In this document: piece by piece, positions 1-12,990 of the stretch | How positions within the stretch are numbered: the stretch's first letter is position 1 | Layout: every line of letters begins with the position of its first letter | Assembly: GCA_951406725.2 (NCBI GenBank) | Contig: OX597820.1 | Span: 63,922,001-63,986,000, forward strand | Direction of reading: 5' to 3' | Source: Octopus vulgaris | Taxonomy: Eukaryota | Length of the DNA: 64,000 bases | Notes under the pieces: generated by a model | What the model was told of the DNA's origin: nothing | What the model saw: the letters and a program-made list of their open reading frames with translations, nothing else | Database searches by the model: none | Program-made: the position numbers and the translations under genes

Positions 1-774
1 TCAAGATAGAGGGTGATAATGAAGAACTTTTACGAAATAACATAGAAATTTCACAAAATAAAAAGGAAACTGCTTCACCTGATCTGCTACCAGATAATCC
101 TTCGATTCACACCTAATTGATCTAATGAAAAGCATGGACACGCTAGATAGCGTTCTCCTGAATACTCTTAAAAACATGGGTTGGGCATAGATGGAAAGTC
201 TTTCATCATGTTTCAACACAGTAACACGATCTATTAGAAAGAGCAGCTAACTTTTTAAATCACACCTTAAATAGAAGGAAGGACACATTAGATATTGTTG
301 TCATAAATACTTATAAACATAAGGGGTGACCACGAATGGAAAGTCTTGCATCAGAGTTCAATACAGACAAATAGGAGCAGGAACCAAACTCCGCTTTCAA
401 TCACACCTAAATGATATACAAAAGAAAGAAAATGTGCTTTAGATACTGCAACCCTTAATACTCATAAAATTAGGAAATGCTCGTAGGTAGAATGTCGTCC
501 GTCATAATATCACAACAGCAACTTTGACACAGTAAAGTGCATGTGACTGTCGGTTGAACATTTGTCGAAGAACTTTCGTTAAAAGAAAAAGACAAAAATC
601 AAAATCAAGATTAAAGAACGACTTGTTCTCTAATTGCTTGATATTTCAATTTATCAAATTGAAAAGCGCTGAAATGTATTTTCAATTTTTAAATAAATTA
701 AGGACAACACATTAGAGAACGCATTAAAAAATTAATAAGAAGATATGGAAATTTTACTGACTGGAAAATACAGT

Positions 775-840
775 TGTTATTGTACTTATTATTATTATTA
801 TTATTATTGTTGTTGTTGTTGTTGTCGTTGTTGTTGTTGT

Positions 841-894
<54 letters not shown>

Positions 895-903
895 TGTTGT
901 TGT

Positions 904-936
<33 letters not shown>
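775..936. repeat. Compound trinucleotide microsatellite (TTA/TTG/CTG/TAG)
   Basis: Directly visible; explains the poly-L/N/T/A ORFs at 698-1030. Confidence 0.95.
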
Positions 937-937
<1 letters not shown>

Positions 938-1071
938 TTGTTTTCGGTTGCTAAAGCTATTTGGAATGTCATTAGTCATAGAAAACCATGAAAACAGTAA
1001 ATAAATAAATAAGTAAATATAGTGAAGCACGACACCATATATTTGCGAGTGAAGGTGTCTCTATGCTTGTG

Positions 1072-1104
<33 letters not shown>

Positions 1105-1508
1105 TCCGTACATGCTTGTATAAAGGTGATATCTAGATACGCTTTCCAATTTGAAACATGGTCTATGAGATGGTCCCAAAATTAACGACACAATCGAATT
1201 TAACAGCCTGAATCGATGTGTTATTTAAAACTGACACTTGTTAGTTCACACGCTGGCTTTTTGCTTGTTTGACCTAAATTTCGCTATCACAAACGAACAC
1301 ATACACCTGCACACACAAAATTACACATCTTCATACATGCAGGCACTTACACACACACAGGCACACACACACACACACACACATACGCATATATACAGGC
1401 TCTTAGATGTTTTGGTACACTCAATGACAATTGTGTACATATACGTTCTGATATGAATATATAAATATATACACGCATCTATCAATCAATCTATCTATCT
1501 ATCAGTCC

Positions 1509-1583
<75 letters not shown>

Positions 1584-1609
1584 AATCTATCTATCTATCT
1601 GCTTGTTCT

Positions 1610-1644
1610 ATCTGTGTGCAGCCCTGTGTGGCTAATAAAGAAAC
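1610..1644 (+). mobile_element. Extreme 3' end of L1/Tx1-like LINE
   Basis: ATCTGTGTGCAGCCCTGTGTGGCTAATAAAGAAAC is almost identical to the terminus of the LINE at 34462-35200 read on the minus strand. Confidence 0.7.
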
Positions 1645-1685
1645 ATATCTGCTTATCTATCTGTTTATCTATCCATCCATCCATG

Positions 1686-1746
<61 letters not shown>

Positions 1747-1889
1747 GTCTATCCATCTTTCTATCTATTTGTTTGTCTGTCTGTCTGTCAGTTTGTCTGT
1801 CTGTCTGTCTGGCTGGCTGGTTGGCTGGCCGGCTGGCTGTCTGCTTGTCTATCTGTCAATATCTATCTGTCTATCTATATTTTTATACA

Positions 1890-2037
1890 CCACACAACCC
1901 ACAGATCCCTATTGATCGAACGTTTTTTTTTCTTTGTGTCCCACCCATCCCGACTCGAAAAGAAAAAACTCTACATTGTATTTCGTCCATTTTTATTCTG
2001 CGTTTAGCCCTGTGTGGCCACAATAAAATGTTAAAAG
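1890..2037 (+). mobile_element. 3' UTR fragment of a related L1/Tx1-like LINE
   Basis: GATCCCTATTGATCG..T-run, AAAAGAAAAAACTCTACATTGTA and AGCCCTGTGTGGCC..AATAAA are collinear with the 3' UTR at 34462-34690 (-). Confidence 0.65.
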
Positions 2038-2063
2038 TTATCTATCTATCCATCCATTCATCG

Positions 2064-2167
<104 letters not shown>

Positions 2168-2575
2168 GTCTGTCTGTCTGCCTGCCTATTGTGACACACG
2201 GCAGCAGACACATGCAAACATACATTGTTCATTCCTTTTTTATTTTTTCAATCTTTCACCATATTAGGTCGCCGAATTAAGTGTTAATTCGAGACGAAAC
2301 GATCCTTGTATATATTCCAGTTAGCATGCAATTCGCCGTGGTAATAAATTGAGTCAGTAGAGCAAAAATCAACCGTAACGAGACTACTCTGGTTATTACT
2401 TTGCTGTTTTCAAAAGGTGTCTATAAAACTGACACGCTGGAGAATTGCGACTGTTTCTCTAAGTAATCGTGTAGAAATGAAAAGTGGCTTGCTCGCTGCC
2501 GTCTTCAGGCATTCATTTAGGAAGTATTGAATATTCTGATACGCAATGGAGTTTAAAGTTTCCGTGATACTGGTG

Positions 2576-3171
2576 GTAGTAAGAATACGCCGTGAACGAG
2601 GTGTAGCAGGAATACACCGTGAACGAGGTGTAGTAAGAATACACCGTGAACAAGGTGTAGTGGGAATACACCGTGAACGAAGTGTAGTAGGTATACACCG
2701 TGAACGAAGTGTAGTTGGAATATACCGTGAACGAGGTGTAGTAAGAATACACCGTGAACGATGGGTAGTAGGAATACACCGTGAACGAGGTGTAGTAAGA
2801 ATACACTGCGAACGTGGTGTAATGGGAATACACCTTGAACGAGTTGTAGTAGGAATGCACCGTGAAAGAGGTGTCGTAAAAACACACCGTGAACGAAGTG
2901 TAGAAGGAATGCACCATGAACGAGGTGTAGTAGGAATACACAGTAAACGAGGTGTAGTAAAAGTACAGCGTGAACGATGTGTAGTAGGAATACAGCATGA
3001 ATGAGGTTTTGTGGGAATACACCGTGAATTAGGTGTAGTGAAAATACACCCTGAACGATGTGCGGTGGGAATACACCTTGAACGAGGTGTAGTAAGAATA
3101 CACTATGAAAGAGGTGTAGTGGGAATACACCGTGAACGAGGTGTAGTGGGAATACACCATGAACGAGGTGT
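2576..3171. repeat. 27-bp minisatellite, about 22 units (GAATACACCGTGAACGAGGTGTAGTAG)
   Basis: Unit is directly visible; gives IHRERGVVG and YSYYTSFTV repeats in the ORF track. Confidence 0.95.
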
Positions 3172-3289
3172 CATTAGTGTTACATTCGTGAGCAGTGCGT
3201 TGGTTTAGTGATGGGCATATGTAGGTTCGTGATAACATGGATGACTCATACGAACAATAATATATGCACGGGAGAGTTGCGGTTTGGCT

Positions 3290-3570
3290 CTCTGTCGATG
3301 GGTGTTTCAGTTGAATCAATCTACGTAACAGCCTGCTCGTGAAGTTAACGTGCAAGTGGCTGAGTATTCCACAAACACGCATACATTAAAGAGAGATTCA
3401 ACGTGACACAGAATGTGATGAGGCTGACTCATTGAATTACAGGCACAACATATTGTTGCCAACTGAGTGAAATGAAGTATATTGCGCAAGGACATAACAC
3501 TCCATGGGGATACTGATCCGAATACCCTAGCTTCTAAGTCACACCCCTTCACAAGAGACATCACAGGAGA
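3290..3570 (-). mobile_element. Degenerate tRNA-derived SINE (family C, CORE-like)
   Basis: Similar to 42570-42890 and to the reverse complement of 54017-54316. Confidence 0.65.
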
Positions 3571-6089
3571 AACCCAACTTTTTAGGGACCTTATCCTATT
3601 GTTGTGTGTCAGAGCAATGTTGGTTTTTACGTATTTGTCTTTATGGAAGCCGTATCGGTAGTCATTAAGGAAGGTGACGCACAATAGTTCTTGTAAAACG
3701 CTGTGGTTGATATCTATCCTTAGGATTACTGGAATTTTGTGCAATAGGATGTTCTTTGTTAGAATCATCAGAGTTGTGGCTCGTCATATGGATGTGACAC
3801 ACTGTGTTATGTTTCCAGTTATTGGAATATATTTAAAAACAAAAAACAAAATTGAGAGCGAGAGGGAGAGAGAGAGAAAGATAGAGAGAGACAGACAGAC
3901 AGAGACAAACAGATAAACAGACATAGATTAACAGTAAATCATGTGGCGAGGACAGATGCTTTGAGATGCATTGTTTGAGGCTTGAGCTTAAGATATATTG
4001 TTGACTTAAGTGATATTACTGGTCTGAAGAGATGGAAATATTTTCGTATTTGCCCGTTAAGTGATTCATAGTGACTAACAGAGTTGAAAAGCATGCAAGG
4101 TATTCCTCGGGTGATGGGGTGTGCAGTAACTTTGGCTGTAATGTCTACAATGTCCATTGTCAGCGCCCGTGAAATTTGTCAGTATCTATCTGACAGCATA
4201 ACAGTCACCGACAGAATTTGACTTTTGAGCGTTAACTTTTGTTGTATCGCCAGTGACGGTATATGAAGTACCAAAGATAACCGTCTCACAATAAGCAACG
4301 TAACAAGAGTTGGTTATATTATGTTAACCTTTCGCACAATTACGATCCAGTTCTCCAACGCAGAATCAATAACGAGACTAACGCTCTCACTTGTAGACCT
4401 CAACTGTTTACTGGTTCACCTATTTAAAAGAAGTGTCCAGTCCACTGACAGTCACGTGCGGGGATGTCAGCTCACTCCACAACAGATTTATAAGCCTTAA
4501 ATTAGTTGTTTATTTTTGTTTGTGACTCATTTTTGTGTGTGACTATTCTTTGTGTTTTTTTTATTTTGCCGGGTCCTGCGGTACCCATCCATCATTTACC
4601 CTCTAATTTTGTGGTCTAGAAAAATTTTACCACCAATAAAATCGTGTTCATTGTTGCTTGATATTGCTTGATGCATCAATTACAATTCCTCCTTGCTGTA
4701 GGTGTTTAATTGACCAGCGTGAATGCGTGGTACATCTATGAAAAATATTAAAGCTATAATTTACGACTTCCATACATCCAAGCGAATATATAAATCACTT
4801 TGTTTATTTGTAAAATGATCATTTATTAATAAGTGTTGTATTTTTTAATATTTGTGTAGTATATTATTAGTGTCAATTTACTATAAGAAAGCAGTAACAT
4901 ACGCAAACATAATTTCTACCTGAAAATGTCTGATCTGGAAGGTTAGAAATTTCGACTTCCATTCTAGGAACATTATTGCTTCTCTCCGAATCCAAAATTT
5001 CAAAGAACTCTTAACCTTTTTATGAATATATAAAAATTATATTATAGAAACATCAGAACACACTCAAGTTTCCAACAAATTAAACACAAACACATACGTA
5101 CACACATACATACACATATATGTACTCACACACACATGCGAGTGTATATGTATGTAATTATGTATGTAGGCAGATATATGTATAGTATACACACACATTC
5201 ACTCACGCATCCACATAGAATGTATATTCGTAAAACTGTTACCCTGACCGACTTCTGCTGAAAAATCCACAAAGAAGCATAAAAACATATATAGCCTGAC
5301 ATGAATTATACAGCGCAATTTGATGGGTGGGCGAAATTGGTTCCGAACTGAAAAGGCAGATGGCTTTAATTGAAAAATGCTGATAGCGCACTCAGATTAT
5401 CTTGAACCTGTCACCACGTTGTACAAATCATACTAAGGTGACGTCACTCACCTCTTTTAGTTATGCTTGTGATGACATATTTCACGTTTCAAGATGGCTG
5501 AATCAGGAATCATGATTCGGGTAAACTGATATGCATTCACAAGACTGCTCTTTTTTCTGTATCATGAGGATTGAACGAAGACTCACACTATTGCGGTATA
5601 GTCAAGATATATTGGGTGTGTATGTGTGTGTTTGTACGTGTGTGTGTGTGTGTGTGCCTGTGCCTGTGTGTGTGCCTGCGTGTATGTGTGCGTGTTGAGG
5701 GGAGAGAGTGTGAAGGCTGAAAAAAGGGTACATATGTCTGGGAAGGAATAGAGAGATTGATGCGAGGAGTTGATGTGTAACGATAACTGAGTGGAGTATA
5801 TATATATATATGTGTGTGTGTACGTGTGCGTGAGTGCGTGGTATGCACGCACGCTCGCATCGTCATGTGTGTGTCTGTGCATGTGCGCGCGAATGTGTGT
5901 GCGTGTATGTCTAAATTAAATATATATTCGTACAATCACACACACACACACATAAGTATGAATGAATATATATATATACGTACTTGCATAGATACATACA
6001 CACACATATGTAGGTATATTATTTTAGAAACTGAAGGTTTATATCGCGATATATGTCAGAATGTAGTATGATTGCTAGATAGATAAATC

Positions 6090-6167
<78 letters not shown>

Positions 6168-8869
6168 GATAGAGAGAGATGGGGGAGAGAAAGGGAAAGT
6201 CAGACTGACAGACGTGCAGACATGAATTTGTAAGATAAACTGAGAGAATCATATATAAGCGTGAAAACAACAGATAACTGTTCTGTCTCCTTCTTTTGAA
6301 TCTGTTTGTTATCATCTCCATAAATATTTTGGTAGTTCCTCTTCTGATTCTAGTAATTTTATGGAAGTCAGCCCTGTGTGGGCCCTCAATTTTGCAACAA
6401 ATTAACAAGACACTTTAAAATAATGATATCTTCCAGTGCACTACGCTCGCTGATCATCTAAGGAAAGATACGAAAATACTGAAAGTCAATGGCTACCTGG
6501 TAATACAAATGGCACAGTTTATATCCGCCGCAAATGTTACACAGACATTTTATATCACTACAAGGAACAGAATTTTCTAAGATACATAGTCGTATTAACA
6601 ATGCAGAACACTGCATCAAAATCATCAGGAAGGCATTTACTCATTCACTCAACCCAGATAATGAATTTAAAAAAACAGATACACATATATATGGATACAG
6701 CATGAAAACCACACTGGGTCACCGGGCTCTATGCTAGGACGCAAACCGTCATTATTAATTTCAGATGGAATGGAAGTTTCACTTTCTCATTAACCTCAAC
6801 ATAACCAAATTCATAATTTCCAATATAAGAATTTACAGAATGAAAGGTGATTTTGGTATAACTAGAACAGTAAATTTGTGAGGCCAAGTAATAATTTCCA
6901 ACACTGGCTTTGTGATTATATAAACAACAACGGGCATACGGAAATAGATTTGACAGTGAAGTGAATACAGCATACCCACGCTGTGACACAGCTTTCCTTA
7001 CGCTTCATCTGTGACGGATTGTGGTGTATGTTCCTCACTTTGGTGATGGCTGAGTATAATTTAATTACAAGAAAAGATTTGTGGGTGGAACTTAGTCACT
7101 TGGTCAACTATGTCAGCCTTGTATAATTCCTTTATCAGAACTAAAATGGAGTTTTAGGACATTGCACCATCAACAACAACGACACTACATCTGATATCAT
7201 CAATATTAACTTCACCCAACTCCAAAATGATCCAAAACGGGACCAGAACTTGCGTTTGGATAACGTAGCCCTTTCGACAATATTTCAGAAAGAATGGAGT
7301 GTTTCGGCTGGAACGTCAGGTACAGGTATTTTTTTTTTAGCTCACTCAATAATCTGAAGGGAGAGAAACAGCATCAGCTACAAAAACAACCAAAACAACA
7401 CCAACAAAAACAGAAATTATCATAGCAGCAACAAATTAAAGTAGCAATGACCACAAGGATACCACTATCAATATCCGACCGCTGATAATATAGCTTCACC
7501 AAAACTAGGATTAGCATAACACACATAACCACCAGCATGGCCCCCAAAATTACAACCACCGCCAACATCACCACCACCTTCCAGCGATAACAAAAACTGC
7601 AACGAAGATGACTATACTTGGCTGCATGTGCTGCTGAAAATAGCATTAAAGATTCCTTAAATCGCAGCTTAACATATTAAAGAAGGGACACGTAGTTCTA
7701 AATATATAAAGGGGCGATATGATTCGGGCTGATCAAGAATAGTAACACACAAAACAGACATTGAGTAGCAAGAACAATATCAAGACGGACCTATGAGACA
7801 ACATTTTGCATTGTCAGTCAATATGCTAAAATAGTAGCCAGATCTCCTAGAAATTGTCTTAGAATAAATGGGTACAATACTAGACAGCGTCGCCTAGCTA
7901 ATGAACCTACGAGATGTCCCAGTCGAAAGACACCTGTTGTTGTTTTCTTGTAGTTTGTATTCGTATTTGTGTACCATGTTCTCCATTTTACGTCTTTTTG
8001 TGTAACATGTTCTCTGTTTTTTGTTTTTGTTACCGTACACATTCGCTAGCTTTCTTACAAAGGGGTCTAATGTTCTTAGCTTGGACTTCTTTGGGAGCAA
8101 CCAGATCGAACTCTCTAAAATGTAACTGCCTGAAACAGTCGTGACTTCTGGGACTCGACAGAGGAAAGAAGGCCACGAATGACCCGTCTTTTTTTTGCCT
8201 GTCCTCCTAATTGCAGTTTCTCTTGTCCGCCTTGCATCGTCTCTCTGTCCGAATGTTTTATTGTATTCTATTGCGTTTTTTTTTATCCATTTTATATTTA
8301 TATACTACTTTAGTAATATGATTGCCCATTCAGAACTGACAAAGGGGTAGCCGAACAACAAGAACAACAACAACAGCAACAACAACAAAAAAAACTAGCC
8401 CCTACTTTCATTATACGACTATCTAATGAGTCGATCTGACAATGGAGCTTTCGGTAGTTCCAGTTTGTCAGTAATACGCATGAAATATTTTGCCAACTGA
8501 GTAAAATGAAGCATATTGGGCAAGGACATAACATGCCCTAGGAATAGTGATCCGAATGCTCTAGCCACGAAGTCATGCCCCTTAACAAGAGTCATCGATA
8601 TGACTTTAAAATGGAAGGCCGTATTAAACAAGATAATTTGGGGTTTGCAAATTATCAGAAGTGAAAGGCTTTTGATGAAATTTCTCCACAAGCACTTACT
8701 TGTGGTTAATGTTTTCAAGTCCAAATCACAGGACATAAAAAAATTATCACCAAGGAGGGACGCATTTAACTGAATATCATCAAAACAAAACGTTAAGGAA
8801 GAAATAAATGCATGATGGTCACGGATGGAATATTTCATAAATGGTCTCTTTAATCAGAGATAATTAAAA

Positions 8870-8876
8870 AACAATA

Positions 8877-8920
<44 letters not shown>

Positions 8921-8994
8921 ACTTACTACTGCTGCTGCTGCTCCTCCTGCTGCTGCTCCTCCTGCTGCTGCTACTACTAGTACTACTACTACTG

Positions 8995-9025
<31 letters not shown>

Positions 9026-9091
9026 AACTACTACAACTTCAGCCACTGCTACTACTTCTGCTACTACTACACACTACAACCACCACCGCTG

Positions 9092-9156
<65 letters not shown>

Positions 9157-9200
9157 GCTACTACTACTACTACTACTACTTCTACTACTATTACTACTAT

Positions 9201-9242
<42 letters not shown>

Positions 9243-9650
9243 GACTACTATTACTACTACTACTATTATTACTACTATTACTACTATTACTACTACTATT
9301 TTCACAGTCACTGTCACCACCACTGCCACAACAATGATCGCTACCACCACCAATACCATTACCGTCACCAACATCATCATCGTAATCATCACCTACTCAA
9401 CAACAAGCACCATCACCAGCATTACCATCTCCCCACCAGCAGCAGCACCATCATCACTATCACCACTATCACTACCACCACCACCACCACAACAACAACA
9501 ACAACATTCATCATCGGCACTAGAACAGTCTCACCACCACCACCACCTTCACCACCACTACAGTAACCTCACCAACACCACCACCATTAATATAACCAGC
9601 ATCCTCAGAAACATCATCATCACCAACGCAACCACCACAACCTTCTTGAC
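8870..9650. repeat. (CTA)n/(CAC)n/(CAT)n low-complexity region
   Basis: Directly visible trinucleotide runs. Confidence 0.9.
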
Positions 9651-10118
9651 TATTATAGTCAACACATCTAGAATTTCTACAAGCGAGAGCACCCTACATA
9701 CCCATCAAACCCACTTCTCCCCGTCCCTCTACCTTCTCATCAACCATCAGACGCTGTCTGTCTGACATGAGGTTTAAATGAAACCATATGTGTGAAGTTC
9801 AACATATGCTTCAGAAGGAAGGCGAAGGGCTGCTAGGAGGGATTGTTTGTGTTTGTATCTATAAACACTGTATATTAATGATGTTAGTACAGAAAGTCAC
9901 ATGACATATGACGGAGTATTATTTGCCGATCCTTGTGAATGGTATATGTAACTTTATATGCACGCATACACAAGCACAAACACGCGCATACACATACACG
10001 CACACACACACACACACATATATATACTGACAATCACACATATGCACCTACGAACATTTGCATGCATGTACGTATGTGTGTAGTTAGGCTTACATATAGC
10101 TATCTATCTATCAATCAC

Positions 10119-10187
<69 letters not shown>

Positions 10188-10188
10188 A

Positions 10189-10243
<55 letters not shown>

Positions 10244-10639
10244 ATATCTATCTATCTGTCTATCTGTCTGTCTGTCTGTCTGTCTGTTTCTCCGTCTGTC
10301 TATCTATCTGTCTATATTTATATGCGTGTGTGTGTATCTATGCACACATGCAAAATATAAACATAAGTCTTTAAATATCTTTACCTTTCAACTGTAAATG
10401 TTTTAAAGAGCCTCGCTATGACAAAATTTGGATAAGATATGTAGACAGATATAACGGATTTGTTCAGTGCTCGTTTCTCTGTCTGTATGGTGACTGAAGG
10501 ATACATATACTCCTATATACATTCCTACTTACAGACATATATTCTTACAAACACGGCAAGCGCGCATGTAACCACATGCCGACGCTGACCCCCTCCTTGA
10601 TGTGTTTGGTCGAGCAACTCCTCCTTCGAGTAATTATTG

Positions 10640-10885
10640 AATTATGATCTTTCTTCCGAACCGGTAAATTATAGGTATGTAGACGAACCAATATAGGTTC
10701 TCAAACGATGGTATAAAATGAACACACAGACATGCAGCAAGATGCTTTCGGTTTCCGTCTACCAAGTCTAGCCACAAGAACTTGGTCGACTCGAGGCTAC
10801 AGTGGAAGACATTTGACGTAGGTGCTGCGCAGGGATACTGACCCTAAGGCCCACATGTTTGGGAAGTAAATCTCACAACCACGCT
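10640..10885 (-). mobile_element. Degenerate SINE, family A
   Basis: Matches the reverse complement of 43420-43797 (GTTTCCGTCTACCAA, CGAGGCTACAGTGGAAGACA). Confidence 0.65.
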
Positions 10886-11038
10886 TTCGTCTACAAATAA
10901 ACACACACACACAAAAAAAACACACACACATTCACTCAAAAACACACACACACACACAGTGTCAGAAGTATTTACATATGTACATATACATATACAATCA
11001 TTATTGCTTTTCAATTAATTTTATTATCATCATCATCA

Positions 11039-11082
<44 letters not shown>

Positions 11083-11086
11083 GTTC

Positions 11087-11115
11087 AAGGCGGCGAGCTA
11101 GAAGAATCGTTAGAA

Positions 11116-11190
<75 letters not shown>

Positions 11191-11437
11191 TAAGGCGGCG
11201 AACTGAGAGAATCGTTAGCGCGTTGGACGAAATGGTTAGCGGTATTTCGCCCGTCGCTATGTTCTGCGTTCAAATTCTGCCGGGGTCGACTTTGCCTTTC
11301 AAGCTATCGGAGTCGATAAATTAAGTACCAGCGAATCACTGGGGTCGAACTAATCGACTAGGTCCCTCCCCACAAATTTCAGGCCTTGCCTCTTGTAAAA
11401 GGCATTATAATCACCATTATCATCATCATCATCATCA

Positions 11438-11485
<48 letters not shown>

Positions 11486-11705
11486 CTCTTATTATTAAGG
11501 CGACAATGTCTCAGAATCGTTAGTACGCTGGACGAAGTGCTTAGCAGCTTTTCGCATTCCTTTACATTTTAAGTTCAAATTCCGCATAGGTCGACTTTGC
11601 CTTCCATCTTTTCGAGGTCGATAAGTACCAGTTCAGTATTGTAGTCACTGTAATCAGCTATCTCCCTCCCACAAAATTCAGGCTTTGTGTCCCTAGTAGA
11701 AATGT
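11087..11705 (+). mobile_element. Cluster of family B tRNA-derived SINEs in (TTA)n: head fragment 11087-11113, copies 11192-11405 and 11497-11705
   Basis: AAGGCGGCGAGCTGG head, GTTCAAATT B-box-like motif and GTCGACTTTGCCTTTCATCC..GGTCGATAA..AAGTACCAG central domain. Confidence 0.8.
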
Positions 11706-12133
11706 TAATAAGTATTATCGTTTCTCCTTGTTAAAAATTTATAGCATACCAACAAAACAAGCTTACGCCCAGAATTTGATATTTATATCTGTTTAGCGTG
11801 ACATATTTGACGGTAGTCAGTTCGTTTTATTTTTTTCAAATAGGTACTTGTTAATGTAGCTATAATTAATTTTCAAGTATTCATTTATTAAGCACCTTTA
11901 TTGATAAATTTCATTTATTCAAATTAGCGACGATGTAAATAATAAATATAAGCTTACACTTTATCTACTGACACACATGCGCAGTGACATACGTATGCAT
12001 AATAGATACATAGACATATATATACAAAAGTATGTATGGTTGTAATACATATACACATACATGCATACATACATCAATAGATACATATCTATATATATGA
12101 ATACATACATGCATAAATAATAAATAATAAACG

Positions 12134-12207
<74 letters not shown>

Positions 12208-12526
12208 GTGTATTCATGCATATATGGGTACAGGACGTTACCAACGGTGCAAATAACATGAAATACGTAAACAACGAAAAAAAATAACAACGAGAAAAAA
12301 ATGGAAAACAAGTCAGGTAAACAAAAAATGAGGACTCTTCATCAGTTGTCAGCTATCTATCTACTCCTCATTTTGAGCAATGAACGACAATATGAATCTT
12401 CCAAGACAGTTGCACCCCAAAATTCTTATATAAAATTTGGGACTTATGCATACATTCATGAATGCATGCATATATACATTAAGACATACATATAAACATA
12501 TATACGTACATACATACATACATACA

Positions 12527-12558
<32 letters not shown>

Positions 12559-12599
12559 GATATTTATGAATGTTTGTGTGCATGGGTGTGTGTTATTTT

Positions 12600-12804
12600 T
12601 GTGTGTGTGCGTGCGTTAGTGTCTTTGTGTCTGAGTTTGTCTCGCACGACGGTTTGTCAATCGCTGTTGTTTAGTGTATGTCCTCTTAAAGTAGCGGTTC
12701 GGTAAAAGTAACGGATAGAATAAGTACTAGCTTCCTTAGAAAAATGTAATTATCAGGGGCCAATTTTTTCCACTAAAGCCTTTCAGGGTTGAAACAAGTA
12801 AAAG

Positions 12805-12844
<40 letters not shown>

Positions 12845-12990
12845 TTACGCTTAAAGTAGCGGTTCGGTAGTGACCGATAGAATAAGTATTAGCTTCTTTC
12901 GAAAAATATAATTACCAGGGGCCAATTTCTTCCACTAAAACCTTTCAAAGTTGAAACAAGTAAAAGATATACACAAACACACATTTACGC
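12600..12990 (+). mobile_element. Family A SINE 3' half with local tandem duplication (12686-12850 / 12851-12990)
   Basis: TAGCGGTTCGG..GATAGAATAAGTA..TGAAACAAGTAAAAGA occurs twice with shared flanks. Confidence 0.75.

Noticed and set aside
2576-3171. CRISPR array
   Set aside because: Units are directly adjacent with no unique spacers, there are no cas genes, and the context is eukaryotic.
2513-3382. Tyr/Ser-rich or Arg/Val-rich repeat protein genes
   Set aside because: Open frames follow from the 27-bp period; in-frame stops interrupt both strands near 3002-3031 and no gene structure is evident.
6900-7320. Possible exon (about 7158-7319, AG..GT, open frame) and a DCGV motif reminiscent of Ulp1 proteases
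   Set aside because: Weak splice signals, no recognisable domain and stops around the motif; a translated search or RNA-seq would be needed.
9334-9765. His/Pro/Gln-rich ORF resembling a transcription factor
   Set aside because: Degenerate CAC/CAT/CAA repeat continuous with the adjacent CTA array; no domain.
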